Source: an uncultured Pseudomonadota bacterium (GTDB lineage: Bacteria > Pseudomonadota > Alphaproteobacteria > JACZXZ01). From it: a stretch of DNA of 64,000 nt. Below are positions 47,793 through 58,576 of the stretch, piece after piece. The notes below the pieces were generated by a model. It made no database searches and was not told the origin of the DNA. It saw only the letters and a list, made by a program, of their open reading frames with translations. The stretch lies in the NCBI GenBank assembly GCA_963749075.1, contig CAVVLJ010000020.1:576001-640000 (forward strand). Reading direction: 5' to 3'. Position 1 is the stretch's first letter, and the number at the start of each line of letters is the position of its first letter. A program made the translations under genes and the position numbers.

Positions 47793-48722
47793 ATGGCGAC
47801 GCTGCTCTACACCCACCCCGCCTTCCTCGAGCACGACACGGGCCCGCATCACCCCGAGCGGGCGGACCGCCTGCGCGCGATCCACACGGCACTCGAGAGC
47901 GAGGCCTTTGCACTCCTCGAGCGCCGCACGGCGCCGCTCGCGGAGAAAGCGCAGATCGAGCGCACCCATGAGGCGCACTACGTCGAGTGGGTGCTCGGCC
48001 AGATCCCCAAGGAGGGTTTCGCCGGCCTCGATGCGGATACCATCGTCTCGCCGGGCTCGGGCGAGGCCGCCTTCAGGGCCGCGGGTGCGGTCTGTGCCGC
48101 AGTCGACGCGGTGGTGGCGGGCGAGGCGGAGAACGCCTTCTGCGCCGTGCGCCCGCCCGGCCATCATGCCGAGCCCGGCCAGGCCATGGGCTTCTGCATC
48201 TTCAACAACGTGGCGATCGGCGCGGCGCACGCGCGCGTGGTGCACGGCTTGCAGCGCGTCGCGGTCGTCGACTTCGACGTGCATCACGGCAACGGCACCC
48301 AGGCCGCCTTCGCCGCCGATCCCGACTTCTTCTATGCCTCGACGCACCAGTGGCCGCTCTATCCCGGCACCGGCCAGCCCCACGAGCGCGGCGTCGCCGG
48401 CAACATCGTGAACGTGCCGCTCGCCCCCTTCTCGGGCTCGGCCGAATTCCGCGCCGCCATCGAGAGCCGGGTGCTGCCGGCGCTCGACGCCTTCAAGCCC
48501 GAGCTTCTCATCATCTCGGCCGGCTTCGACGCCCATTTGCGCGACCCGTTGGCCTCGCTCAACCTGGTCGAGGAGGACTACGCCTGGGTCACGCACAAGC
48601 TCCTCGAGCTCGCCGCGCGCCACGCCAAGCGCCGCGTCGTCTCCTCCCTTGAGGGCGGCTACGACCTGCGCGCGCTTGCCAAATCGGTCGCCGCCCATGT
48701 CGACGTGCTGATGGCGGGGTAG
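47793..48722 (+). CDS. Histone deacetylase family (AcuC/HdaH-like) amidohydrolase
   Basis: HPERADRL, RPPGHHA, GFCIFNN, DFDVHHGNGT, SAGFDAH, EGGY. Confidence 0.93.
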   Translation: MATLLYTHPAFLEHDTGPHHPERADRLRAIHTALESEAFALLERRTAPLAEKAQIERTHEAHYVEWVLGQIPKEGFAGLDADTIVSPGSGEAAFRAAGAVCAAVDAVVAGEAENAFCAVRPPGHHAEPGQAMGFCIFNNVAIGAAHARVVHGLQRVAVVDFDVHHGNGTQAAFAADPDFFYASTHQWPLYPGTGQPHERGVAGNIVNVPLAPFSGSAEFRAAIESRVLPALDAFKPELLIISAGFDAHLRDPLASLNLVEEDYAWVTHKLLELAARHAKRRVVSSLEGGYDLRALAKSVAAHVDVLMAG

Positions 48723-48830
48723 CGGCACGGCCGCATCCGACCCGAACGAACTTGAGAGCAGCAGCCGGTGGGTGACTTTGCGGGCGGTCATGGTAGAATA
48801 GTATAGATTAATGGTAGAATGATGTAAGAA

Positions 48831-49085
48831 ATGAGCATGAACATCAAGAACGAGGAGACGCATCGTTTGGCACAGGAGCTCGCCAAGCTGACGGGAGAGA
48901 GCCTGACCGGCACCGTCACCGTGGCACTCCGCGAGCGCCTGGAGCGCACGCGCCGCGCGCGGCGCGGCAGCCTCTCCGAGCGCCTGCTGGCGATCGGCAA
49001 GGATTGCGCGAAGCGCCTCAGGGAGCCGTGGCACTCCGCCGATCACGGGGCGCTGCTCTACGACGAGCGCGGCTTGCCGCGATGA
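48831..49085 (+). CDS. vapB: VapB-type antitoxin (PSK-trans-fac-like)
   Basis: [24 protein letters not shown]...LYDERGLP. Confidence 0.88.
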   Translation: MSMNIKNEETHRLAQELAKLTGESLTGTVTVALRERLERTRRARRGSLSERLLAIGKDCAKRLREPWHSADHGALLYDERGLPR

Positions 49086-49477
49086 TCATCGACGCCTCTG
49101 CGCTGATTGCCATCCTGCGCGACGAGCCGGAGGCGGCAGCTTGCGCCTCCGCGATCGAGCAGGCCTCGAGCCGCCGCCTCTCCGCGGTGAATTTCGCCGA
49201 GGCCGCGGCCGTCGTCGATTTGAGCCGCAACCCGATCGCGAGCCGCCGCTTCGACGAGCTTCTCAGCGAGGCCGAGGTCGCGATCGAGCCCGTGACCGAG
49301 GCCCAGGCACGCATCGCGCGCGAGGCCTATCGCGATTTCGGCAAGGGCAGCGGACATCCCGCCGGGCTCAATTTCGGCGACTGCTTCGCCTATGCGCTGG
49401 CCAAGGCCGCGGGCGAGCCACTGTTGTTCAAAGGCGACGATTTCGCCGCGACGGATGTGGTATCGGCGCTGAGCTGA
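49082..49477 (+). CDS. vapC: VapC PIN-domain toxin
   Basis: [34 protein letters not shown]. Confidence 0.93.
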   Translation: MIIDASALIAILRDEPEAAACASAIEQASSRRLSAVNFAEAAAVVDLSRNPIASRRFDELLSEAEVAIEPVTEAQARIAREAYRDFGKGSGHPAGLNFGDCFAYALAKAAGEPLLFKGDDFAATDVVSALS

Positions 49478-49577
49478 GGGCCGCCGCCGCAGGCCTACGT
49501 TTCGCTCGCCTTGCTCCGCCGGACCTGGCTTACTATAGTCGCGCGCCGGAATCACGAAGACGAGCCAAGAGGATGGC

Positions 49578-49829
49578 ATGCCCGAGGGGGCACTTCCCGC
49601 CGACGTGGCGAAGATGAGCTTCGAGGAGGCGCTCGCCGAGCTCGAGGCCATCGTGCGCCAGCTCGAGGAGGGCAAGGGCAAGCTCGACGACGCGATCAAG
49701 GCCTATGCGCGGGGCGCTGCGCTGAAGCGCCATTGCGAGGCTAAGCTCGCCGAGGCGCGCGCCAAGGTGGAGAAGATCGTGCTGGGGCCGGAGGGAGCGG
49801 CCGGCCTGGCGCCGGCCGACGTGGACTGA
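49578..49829 (+). CDS. xseB: Exodeoxyribonuclease VII small subunit
   Basis: SFEEALAELEAIVRQLEEG...AYARG. Confidence 0.93.
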   Translation: MPEGALPADVAKMSFEEALAELEAIVRQLEEGKGKLDDAIKAYARGAALKRHCEAKLAEARAKVEKIVLGPEGAAGLAPADVD

Positions 49830-49846
49830 ACGAGGGGCAACCGACT

Positions 49847-50734
49847 TTGCGTGCTTTCGATGCCGCACTCGCCGTCTCGGCCGCCGCCGTCGAGGCCGCG
49901 CTCGAGCGCGTGCTCCCGACGGGGAGCGGCCCCGAGGCGCGCGTCTTTGCCGCCATGCGCTACGCCACGCTCGGCGGCGGCAAGCGCCTCAGGCCCTTTC
50001 TCGTGATCGAGGGTGCGCGGCTCTTCGGCGTGCCCGAGACCCATGCCACGCGTGCGGGTGCCGCGGTCGAGCTGGTGCACTGCTACTCCCTGGTGCACGA
50101 CGACCTGCCTGCCATGGACGACGACGAGCTGCGCCGCGGGCGTGCGACCTGCCACATCCAGTTCGACGAGGCGACGGCGATACTCGCGGGCGACGGGCTC
50201 TTGACCCTCGCTTTCGAGGTGCTGGCCGATCCGGCCACGCACCCGGATGCCGGCGTGCGCATAGCCCTCGTGGCAGCACTTGCCAAGGCGGCCGGGGCCG
50301 AGGGCATGGTCGGCGGCCAGATGTTCGACCTCGAGGCCGAGACGCGCGCGCTGGCGCTTCCGGAGATCAAGCGCCTCCAGCGCATGAAAACGGGCGCCCT
50401 CTTCGCCTTCTCCTGCGAGGCGGGCGCCATTCTCGGCCAGGCACCGGCCGCGGCGCGCCGGGCCCTCCTCGCCTATGCCGAGGACCTCGGTCTCGCCTTT
50501 CAGATCGCCGACGACCTGCTCGATGCCGAGGGCAGCGAGGCCGAGGTGGGGAAAAAAGTCGGCAAAGATGCCGCACTCGGCAAGGCCACCTTCGTTTCGC
50601 TTCTAGGTATTGAAAATGCCCGAAAAGAGGCACAAATGCTGGTGGGGCGCGCGGTTTCAAGCCTTGATATTTTTCATGAAAAATCGGAACCTCTAGCGGA
50701 ACTCGCCCGTTTTGTCATCGCGCGGCGGGCATAG
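49847..50734 (+). CDS. ispA: Farnesyl diphosphate synthase
   Basis: [28 protein letters not shown]; located between xseB and dxs. Confidence 0.93.
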   Translation: MRAFDAALAVSAAAVEAALERVLPTGSGPEARVFAAMRYATLGGGKRLRPFLVIEGARLFGVPETHATRAGAAVELVHCYSLVHDDLPAMDDDELRRGRATCHIQFDEATAILAGDGLLTLAFEVLADPATHPDAGVRIALVAALAKAAGAEGMVGGQMFDLEAETRALALPEIKRLQRMKTGALFAFSCEAGAILGQAPAAARRALLAYAEDLGLAFQIADDLLDAEGSEAEVGKKVGKDAALGKATFVSLLGIENARKEAQMLVGRAVSSLDIFHEKSEPLAELARFVIARRA

Positions 50735-50771
50735 GGCGGGCAGCGGGCAGGCAGAGGAGGAGGAGGGGGAC

Positions 50772-52697
50772 GTGACAGGCCAATCCAGCACACCGGTTCT
50801 CGATCAGGTGAAGGAGCCCGCCGATCTGCGGCACTTCACGGTCGATCAGCTCAAGGAGCTGGCGGCGGACCTGCGCCGCGAGACGATCGACGCGGTCTCG
50901 GTCACCGGCGGCCACCTGGGCGCCGGGCTCGGCGTGGTCGAGCTCACGGTCGCCATCCACCATGTCTTCAACACGCCCGAGGACAAGCTCATCTGGGATG
51001 TGGGCCACCAGTCCTATCCGCACAAGATTCTCACCGGCCGGCGCGAGCGCATCCGCACGCTCCGCCAGGGCGGCGGGCTCTCCGGCTTCACCCGCCGCGT
51101 CGAGAGCGTCTACGATCCCTTCGGCGCCGCGCACAGCTCGACCTCGATCTCGGCCGGCCTCGGCATGGCGGTGGCGCGCGACCTCCAGGGCAAGAAGTTC
51201 AACGTCGTCTGCGTCATCGGCGACGGCGCCATGAGCGCCGGCATGGCCTATGAGGCGATGAACAATGCCGGCTCGCTGACGAGCCGCCTCGTCGTCATCC
51301 TCAACGACAACGACATGTCGATCGCACCCCCCGTGGGAGCCATGAGCGCCTATCTGGCGCGCCTCGTCTCCTCCAAGCCCTACCGCTCGCTGCGCCATCT
51401 CGGCAAGGAGATCAGCAAGCGCTTCCCGCGCTCGCTCGGCAACGCCGCGAAGCGTGCCGAGGAATACGCCCGCGGCCTCGTCACCGGCGGCACGCTCTTC
51501 GAGGAGCTCGGCTTCTTCTACGTGGGCCCCATCGACGGCCACAACCTCGACCACTTGCTGCCCGTGCTGCGCAACGTGCGCGACGCCGACGACGAGGGTC
51601 CCATCCTCATCCACGTGGTGACCCAGAAGGGCAAGGGCTATGCCCCGGCCGAGGCCTCCGCCGACAAGTATCACGGCGTCGCCAAGTTCGACATCGACAC
51701 CGGCAAGCAGGCCAAGTCCGCGACCAACGCGCCGGCCTACACCAAGGTGTTCGGCAACGCCCTCGTCAAGGAGGCGGAGAAGGACCCGCGCATCGTGGCG
51801 CTGACCGCCGCCATGCCGTCCGGCACCGGCGTCAACATCTTCGCCCAGCACTTCCCCGAGCGCGCCTTCGACGTGGGCATCGCCGAGCAGCACGGCGTCA
51901 CCTTCGCGGCGGGTCTCGCCACCCAGGGCATGAAGCCCTTCTGCGCCATCTACTCGACCTTCCTCCAGCGCGCCTACGACCAGGTCGTGCACGACGTGGC
52001 GATCCAGAAGCTGCCGGTGCGCTTCGTGCTCGACCGCGCGGGCTACGTGGGCGCCGACGGGCAGACCCACCACGGCGCCTTCGATCTGAGCTATCTCGGC
52101 TGCCTGCCCGAGTTCGTGCTGATGGCGCCGGCGGACGAGGCCGAGCTCGTGCATATGGTGGCGACCCAGGTGGCGATCGACGACCGGCCGAGCGCCATGC
52201 GCTATCCGCGCGGCGACGGCATCGGCGTGCCGATGCCCGAGGAGGGCGTGGCACTCGAGCTCGGCAAGGGCCGGATCTTACGCGAGGGCACGGCCTTAGC
52301 CATCCTCTCCTACGGCACGCGGCTCCAGGAGGCGCTCAAGGCGGCGGACGAGCTCGAGGCGCGCGGCCTCTCGACCACGGTGGCCGACGCCCGCTTCATG
52401 CGCCCGCTCGACGAGGCGCTGGTGCGCCGGCTCGCCGCCGAGCATCAGGTGCTCATCACCGTCGAGGAGGCCACGATCGGCGGCTTCGCGAGCCACGTCA
52501 TGCATTTCCTCGCCCACGCCGGCCTCTTGGACCGCGGCCAGCTCAAGTTCCGCCCGCTCTGCATGCCGAGCCGCGTCGTCGACCACGACAAGCCGGAGCT
52601 GCAGTACGACCTGGCCGGGCTCAACGCCAAGCATATCGTGGCGCAAGCGCTCGCGGCCCTGGGCCAGGAGCGGCTCGAGACGCTGATCCGCGCGTAG
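50772..52697 (+). CDS. dxs: 1-deoxy-D-xylulose-5-phosphate synthase
   Basis: [38 protein letters not shown]; GAGGAGG RBS. Confidence 0.97.
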   Translation: MTGQSSTPVLDQVKEPADLRHFTVDQLKELAADLRRETIDAVSVTGGHLGAGLGVVELTVAIHHVFNTPEDKLIWDVGHQSYPHKILTGRRERIRTLRQGGGLSGFTRRVESVYDPFGAAHSSTSISAGLGMAVARDLQGKKFNVVCVIGDGAMSAGMAYEAMNNAGSLTSRLVVILNDNDMSIAPPVGAMSAYLARLVSSKPYRSLRHLGKEISKRFPRSLGNAAKRAEEYARGLVTGGTLFEELGFFYVGPIDGHNLDHLLPVLRNVRDADDEGPILIHVVTQKGKGYAPAEASADKYHGVAKFDIDTGKQAKSATNAPAYTKVFGNALVKEAEKDPRIVALTAAMPSGTGVNIFAQHFPERAFDVGIAEQHGVTFAAGLATQGMKPFCAIYSTFLQRAYDQVVHDVAIQKLPVRFVLDRAGYVGADGQTHHGAFDLSYLGCLPEFVLMAPADEAELVHMVATQVAIDDRPSAMRYPRGDGIGVPMPEEGVALELGKGRILREGTALAILSYGTRLQEALKAADELEARGLSTTVADARFMRPLDEALVRRLAAEHQVLITVEEATIGGFASHVMHFLAHAGLLDRGQLKFRPLCMPSRVVDHDKPELQYDLAGLNAKHIVAQALAALGQERLETLIRA

Positions 52698-52811
52698 CGC
52701 GGGGCGGAGGCAACTCTCGCTCGCTCGGTCGCTCCGCCGCCCGCTCCTCCCGCTCACGGGTGGGCTACGGGATTAACACAAAGCCGAGGATTGTCGGCAA
52801 AGCGTGGTATT

Positions 52812-52973
52812 GCGCTGTGCAAAGGCGCCTCGGTCCGGTTGCGGTGGGTCCTTCGAGACGCTCGCTACGCTCGCTCAGGATGAGTTTAAGTCCTTCCGCC
52901 ACACGCGATTTTACTCATCCTGAGGAGCGCCCCGAAGGGGCGCGTCTCGAAGGACCCGCGGCGGCGCTGTAAG
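52812..52973. repeat. Palindromic element family B, copy 2 (inverted relative to copy 1)
   Basis: GGGTCCTTCGAGACG...CTCAGGATGAG / CTCATCCTGAGGAGCGCCCCGAAGGGGCGCGTCTCGAAGGACCC; flanks also match copy 1. Confidence 0.85.
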
Positions 52974-53028
52974 CTTCGTCAAAACGCGTGAATGCCGCGG
53001 CTACGGCCGCGCGAAAGAAGGAGCTCAC

Positions 53029-53316
53029 ATGATGAAGAAGAAGGGCCGCATCGGATCGTCCTTCGACGAATTCCTGAAGCATGAGGGCATTTACGAGGAG
53101 GTGACGGCGCGCGCCATCAAGCGCGTGATCGCCCGGCAGCTCGATGCCCTGATGCGGGATCAAGGCCTCTCGAAATCCGCACTTGCCAAGCGCATGCAGA
53201 CCAGCCGCGCGCAGCTCGATCGCCTGCTCGACCCGGAAAACGAGTCGGTCACGCTCACCACGCTCACGCGCGCCGCGCAAGCCGTCGGGCGGCAGCTGCG
53301 CATGGAATTGGTGTGA
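53029..53316 (+). CDS. XRE-family HTH protein, probable orphan antitoxin
   Basis: IGSSFDEFL..EGIYEEV, LAKRMQTSRAQLDRLLDP...VTLTTL. Confidence 0.85.
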   Translation: MMKKKGRIGSSFDEFLKHEGIYEEVTARAIKRVIARQLDALMRDQGLSKSALAKRMQTSRAQLDRLLDPENESVTLTTLTRAAQAVGRQLRMELV

Positions 53317-53363
53317 AGCGCCCCACGCCCCTCCGAGCGGTGTCGCCGATGGGAGCGCGCAGC

Positions 53364-54125
53364 ATGCCCAGGCCCTCGACCAGGACCCGGCTCGACCAGC
53401 TCCTCGTGGCGCGCGGGCTCGCCGAGAGCCGCAGCCGCGCCCAGGCGCTCGTCATGGCGGGGCTCGTCTATAGCGGCGAGCGGCGGCTCGACAAGCCGGG
53501 CGCTCTGGTGGCGGAGGATATCGAGCTCGCCTTGCGCGGCCGCGATCACCCTTGGGTGTCGCGCGGCGGGCTCAAGCTCGCGGCGGCGCTCGACCATTTC
53601 GCCATCGATCCGCACGGCCTCACCGCGCTCGACATCGGCGCCTCCACGGGCGGCTTCACCGACGTGCTGCTGGCGCGCGGCGCTCGGCGCGTCTACGCGG
53701 TCGACGTGGGCCACGGCCAGCTCGCCTGGAAGCTGCGCCAGGACCCGCACGTCGCGGTGCTGGAGCGCACCAACGCGCGCCATTTGAGCCGCGCGCAAGT
53801 GCCCGAGCCGATCGAGCTCATCGTCTGCGACGCGAGCTTCATCGGCCTCGCCACGGTACTTCCCGCAAGCCTGGCACTGGCCGCACCCGGCGCCTTCCTC
53901 ATCGCCCTCATCAAGCCGCAGTTCGAGGTCGGCCCCGGCCAGGTGGGGAAGGGCGGCATCGTGCGCGACGAGCAACTCCGCGAGGCCGTTTGCGAGCGCA
54001 TCCGCCGCTTCCTCGCGGAGCAGCCGGGCTGGACCGTGCTCGGCCTCATGGCAAGCCCGATCGCGGGTGCCGACGGCAACAAGGAGTTCCTCATCGCAGG
54101 ACACCTCGCGGAGCGCCCGCCGTGA
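53364..54125 (+). CDS. tlyA: TlyA family rRNA methyltransferase
   Basis: S4 domain RLDQLLV.RGL, VSRGGLKL, DIGASTGGFTD, KPQFE. Confidence 0.93.
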   Translation: MPRPSTRTRLDQLLVARGLAESRSRAQALVMAGLVYSGERRLDKPGALVAEDIELALRGRDHPWVSRGGLKLAAALDHFAIDPHGLTALDIGASTGGFTDVLLARGARRVYAVDVGHGQLAWKLRQDPHVAVLERTNARHLSRAQVPEPIELIVCDASFIGLATVLPASLALAAPGAFLIALIKPQFEVGPGQVGKGGIVRDEQLREAVCERIRRFLAEQPGWTVLGLMASPIAGADGNKEFLIAGHLAERPP

Positions 54126-55399
54126 GGCACGAGCTCGAGGTCACGATCGAGGAGATCGGCGCGCGCGGCGACGGCATTGCCAGGCTCGCCGATGGCGGCC
54201 GCCTCTACGTGCCCTTCACCGTGCCGGGCGACCGCGCCCGCGTCCGCCTGGGAGATCGGCACCCCGACGGCTATGCCGGCCGCGTGGTCGAGCTCCTCGC
54301 CGAGGGTGCCGGGCGGGCGGCGCCCGCCTGCCGCCATTTCGGGAGTTGCGGCGGCTGCGCGCTCCAGCATCTCGACGAGGCCCATTACCGGCGCTGGAAG
54401 CTGGCACTTCTCGAGACGGCGCTCGCGCGCCAAAAGATCGCGCCTGGGGCGATCCGTCCGCTCCTCGTGAGCCCGCCCGCGAGCCGGCGCCGCGCCGAGC
54501 TCGCCGCCGTGCGGCGCAAGAGCGATCTCGTGCTCGGTTTCCACGCGCGGGCGAGCCACCAGGTCATCGATCTCGCGGAATGCCCGGTGCTGCGGCCGGC
54601 CATCGTTGCACTCCTGGCGCCGCTCCGCGAGCTCCTCTTCGCCGTCCTCGAGCCGGGCGGCCGCGCCGATGCGCTGGTGACGGAAAGCGACAGCGGCCTC
54701 GACCTCCTCCTCGTGAGCGACGCCGCGCTCGGCCTCAAGCGCCGCGAGCGCCTCGCCGCCTTCGCCGAGGCGGCCGATCTCGCGCGCATCGCGCGCCGCC
54801 ATCCCATGGGCTCCGGCGCCGAGCCGATCGTCGAGCGCCGGCCCGTGCGCGCCCGCTTCGGCGATACGGCGGTCGAGCTGCCACCCGGAGCCTTTCTCCA
54901 GCCGACGCGGGAGGGCGAGGCGGCACTCGGCCGTGCCGTCGCGGAAGCGGTCGGCGGCGCCCGCCGCATCGCCGACCTCTATGCCGGCTGCGGCACCTTT
55001 GCCCTGCCGCTAGCCGCGGCCGGGCGGCAGGTGCGGGCGTTCGAGGCCGAGAAGCACGCGGTCGCGGCGCTTGACGCTGCAAGTCGAGCCGCGGCCGGCC
55101 GGCTGCGACTTGCGGCCGAGGAGCGCGATCTCGCACGCCGGCCCCTCGAGCGAGAGGAGCTCGCCCGCACGGATGCCGTCGTCATCGACCCGCCGCGCGC
55201 GGGCGCCAAGGCGCAGGCCGCGGCCCTCGCCGCGAGCGGCGTCGCGCGTATCGCCGCGGTCTCGTGCAATCCCGCGACCTTCGCGCGCGACGCGCGCATC
55301 CTCGCCGACGGCGGCTACGGAATCGAGTGGATCCAGCCGGTCGACCAATTCCTGTGGTCGCCGCACCTCGAGCTGGTGGCGTGCTTGAGCCGGCGCTGA
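54122..55399 (+). CDS. rlmD: TRAM-domain RNA (uracil-5)-methyltransferase (RlmD/TrmA family)
   Basis: CRHFGSCGGC, FLQPT, DLYAGCGTF, DPPRAG, VSCNPATFARD. Confidence 0.85.
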   Translation: MRHELEVTIEEIGARGDGIARLADGGRLYVPFTVPGDRARVRLGDRHPDGYAGRVVELLAEGAGRAAPACRHFGSCGGCALQHLDEAHYRRWKLALLETALARQKIAPGAIRPLLVSPPASRRRAELAAVRRKSDLVLGFHARASHQVIDLAECPVLRPAIVALLAPLRELLFAVLEPGGRADALVTESDSGLDLLLVSDAALGLKRRERLAAFAEAADLARIARRHPMGSGAEPIVERRPVRARFGDTAVELPPGAFLQPTREGEAALGRAVAEAVGGARRIADLYAGCGTFALPLAAAGRQVRAFEAEKHAVAALDAASRAAAGRLRLAAEERDLARRPLEREELARTDAVVIDPPRAGAKAQAAALAASGVARIAAVSCNPATFARDARILADGGYGIEWIQPVDQFLWSPHLELVACLSRR

Positions 55400-55531
55400 G
55401 GCGCTTCAAAGCGGCCGCGGGTTCCCCTATCCTCTTGAGGTGCTGCCGACCGGCGAGCTTTGCGCAGGAGCGGCGATGCTGCCGCGTATGAGCGAAGCGT
55501 CCGTGTGCCTAGAATGGAGACCGGCTCCCGC

Positions 55532-57122
55532 ATGGCCCGACCCGCCCGTCCCACGGCCGATTGGGTGATCTCGGCCCTCGGGCGCGCCGCTTACGGCGCG
55601 CGGCCGGAGGACGTGGCCGAGCTCACTCAGCACGGCTTCGCACCCTGGGTCGAGGCGCAGCTCGTACCGCGCGAGGAGGAGGACGGCGGCGCGCACGAGC
55701 GCCTGGCCCGCCTCAAGCTCCGCATCCGCCATGGCGCCAACGCGAAATGGCCGGCGCTCGACGAGATGCGGCCGCTTACCCTCCTCGACCGCCCGATCGA
55801 GGAGAGCTGGGACCTCATCGTCCGGCGCGGCGGCATGGACGGCGCCGAGCGCCGCCGCGCGCGCGAGGAGGTGACGGCGGCGACCATCCTCCGCGCGGTG
55901 CACAGCCGCTGGCAGCTGCGCGAGGTGCTGGCGAGCTTCTGGCACGACCACTTCAACGTCGATGCCTATTCGAGCGACGAGATCTCGGTGGCGCTGCCCT
56001 CTTACGACCGCGAGGTGATCCGCCGCCACGCGCTCGGCAATTTCCGCGACTTCCTCGAGGCGGTCGCCACCAGCACGGCGATGCTCTATTACCTCTCGAA
56101 CCGCAGCTCGCGCGCTGGTGCCGCCAACGAGAATTACGGCCGCGAGCTTTTCGAGCTGCATACGCTTGGCAGCACCGCCTATCTCAACGACCGCTACGAC
56201 CGCTGGCGCTCGGTGCCCGGTGCAGCCAAGGGCGCTCCCGTGGGCTACATCGACGAGGACGTCTACGAATCCGCGCGCGCCTTCACCGGCTGGACCGTCG
56301 AGGACGGCAGCGGCATCGACGGCCGGCGCAAGCTGCCCGCGACCGGCCGCTTCGCCTACGTCGAAATCCTGGCACGACGGCTACCAGAAGCGCGTGCTGG
56401 CGAACGAGTTCAAGGAATTCGCACCCGCCATGGCGGACGGCAGGCGCGTGCTCGATCTCGTGGCCGCCCATCCGGCGACCGCGCGCGCCATTGCGACGAA
56501 GCTCTGCCGCCGCTTCATCGGCGACGATCCGCCGCCAAGCGCGATCGCCGCGGCACTGCGCACCTGGACGGCCGCGCGCCGCGCCAAGGACCAGATCGCA
56601 GTGACCGTACGCACCATCCTCCTCTCGCCGGAATTCGCCGCGGCGCGCGGCCGCAAGGTGCGCCGGCCGCTGGCGCTTGCCGCCGCCTTCGCGCGCGCTC
56701 TCGGCCTCGACCTCATGCCGAGCGAGCCCTTGTGGAACGAGCTCGCCAACGGCGGCCAGCGCCTCTTCGGCTTTCCGCCGCCGACCGGGCTTCCCGACGA
56801 GGGCGCCTATTTCCTCGGCGCCAACAGCATGCGGCGGCGCTGGACGCTGGTGCTGGCGCTCGCCGAGAACTGGTGGGGCACGGGCGAGCTGCCGCTCCCG
56901 CCTCTCCTCGCGGCAGCGCCGGCGACGCCGCGCGCCGCCATCGGGCATTTCCTCAATGCGATGCAGGGCCGTGCCGAGGCGGCGAGCGTCGAGGCCGTGC
57001 TCGGCGGCCTCGGCTGGCCGGCGGACGAGCCGCTCGGCGACCCCGGGCGGCCCGACGCGATGAAACGGCTCGCGCGCATCGCCGCCTTAGCTGCCATGGC
57101 GCCCGAGTTCCAGAGCGCCTGA
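55532..57122 (+). CDS. DUF1800 family protein, +1 frameshift near 56364
   Basis: FWHDHFNV, MLYYLSN, NENYGRELFELHTLG; continues in the next frame as WHDGYQKRVL...HPATA...PEFQ. Confidence 0.85.
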
Positions 57123-57131
57123 GGAGCCGCC

Positions 57132-58430
57132 ATGACGCTCACGCGACGCGACATCCTCCGGCACGGGCTTGCGGCAGGCGCCGGGGTGGCGCTGGTGCCG
57201 GGCTTGCGCCGCCTCTCCTTCGCGGCCGACGGCGTCGAGCGCCCGCTCCTCGTCATCGTGCACCTGCGCGGCGGCTGCGACGGGCTCAACCTCATCTCGC
57301 CGGCGAGCGATGCGGACTTCATCGCGGCGCGCGCCTCGGACCTGCGCGTCGGCAGCGACGGGCCGGATGCCGGGCACGCGCTCGCGAACGGCCCCGATCC
57401 GGGCATCGATTTCCGCCTCCACCCTGCTGCGGGCGGGCTCGCCGAGCTCTACAAGAGCGGCGAGCTCGCCTTCGTCCACGCCGTGGGCTTGAGCGATGCC
57501 ACGCGCAGCCACTTCGTCGCAACCGACATGATCGAGCACGGCGTCGCCGGCGCCGCCGCACTCGCCCGAACGGCCACCGGCTGGCTCGCGCGCTACCAGC
57601 AGAGCCGCGGCGGCGAGCGGCCCACGAGCGCCGTCTCGGCCGCGGCGGCGCCGAGCGGCGAGCTCGCGGGCGACGCGGCGGCGCTCGCGCTGCCCGATCT
57701 CGGCGGCGGCTTCACCGCACCGGGCGGGCCGCAGGCGAGCGAGGTGCTGCGCCGGCTCTACGAGGCGGCGCCGGGGCCGGCCGCGGCGGCGGGCCGCGCC
57801 TCGCTCGCCGCCATGCAGCTCGTCGACCAGCGCCTGCCGCGCGACGCGCAGAACCGCCCGCTGCCTTACGCCCCCGAGCATGCGGCCAATTACGACCGGG
57901 CGGGCGATCTCGCACGCCCGCTGCGCACCGTGGCCCAGCTCGCCAAGCTCGAGATCGGCCTCGAGGCCGCCACCGTCGACATCGGCGGCTGGGACACCCA
58001 CGAGTACCAGCCGGGCCGCTTCCGCAATGCGGTCGAGCGACTGTCGAGCGGCATCGGCGCCTTCTACGAGGACATGTGGCGCTCTCGCGACCGGCTCATC
58101 CTCGTGACGGTGAGCGAGTTCGGCCGCCGCCTGCGCTCGAACCGCAGCAACGGCACCGACCACGGCCGCGCCGGCGTGATGGCCGTCCTCGGCGGCAGGG
58201 TGGCCGGCGGCCGCATCTACGGGCGCTGGCCGGGGCTCGCCTCGCACGAGCTCGACGAGGGGGTCGATCTCGCGGTCGCCACCGACTACCGCCAGGTGCT
58301 CGGCGAGGTGCTCGCAGCCCATGCGGGCAAGCCATTGGCCGCCGCGGTCTTCCCCGGCTACGCCATGGCCAGGCCGCTCGGCCTCTTCCGCCGCACGGCC
58401 GCCGCCGCGAGCACCCTCAAGCGCGGCTAG
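57132..58430 (+). CDS. DUF1501 family protein, Tat-exported
   Basis: TRRDIL signal; LRGGCDGL, RSHF, WDTH, EFGRR, GTDHG. Confidence 0.9.
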   Translation: MTLTRRDILRHGLAAGAGVALVPGLRRLSFAADGVERPLLVIVHLRGGCDGLNLISPASDADFIAARASDLRVGSDGPDAGHALANGPDPGIDFRLHPAAGGLAELYKSGELAFVHAVGLSDATRSHFVATDMIEHGVAGAAALARTATGWLARYQQSRGGERPTSAVSAAAAPSGELAGDAAALALPDLGGGFTAPGGPQASEVLRRLYEAAPGPAAAAGRASLAAMQLVDQRLPRDAQNRPLPYAPEHAANYDRAGDLARPLRTVAQLAKLEIGLEAATVDIGGWDTHEYQPGRFRNAVERLSSGIGAFYEDMWRSRDRLILVTVSEFGRRLRSNRSNGTDHGRAGVMAVLGGRVAGGRIYGRWPGLASHELDEGVDLAVATDYRQVLGEVLAAHAGKPLAAAVFPGYAMARPLGLFRRTAAAASTLKRG

Positions 58431-58576
58431 CATTGCGGCCCCGTCTGCCGGCGGCCTCTTTCCCTAGGCCGCTCGGCGGCGGAGGCATTTGCCGCTTATT
58501 TCCCGCCGGAATGTCGTAATATGCCGGTCTGGCATTCTCGGTCCGGGAGCCTCGCAATTCCTGCAGGAGCGGTCGA

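Noticed and set aside
46542-49046. 834-aa minus-strand ORF suggesting a large fusion
   Set aside because: Only 46542-47678 is a real oxidoreductase; the rest is antisense to the deacetylase and vapB genes
11358-52973. Palindromic repeats as a CRISPR array or attC cassette array
   Set aside because: Copies are dispersed and belong to different families, with no regular repeat-spacer period and no cas or integrase gene
55460-58519. 1019-aa ORF resembling a DUF1800 mega-protein
   Set aside because: Product of the +1 frameshift near 56364; the downstream part is off-frame read-through over DUF1501
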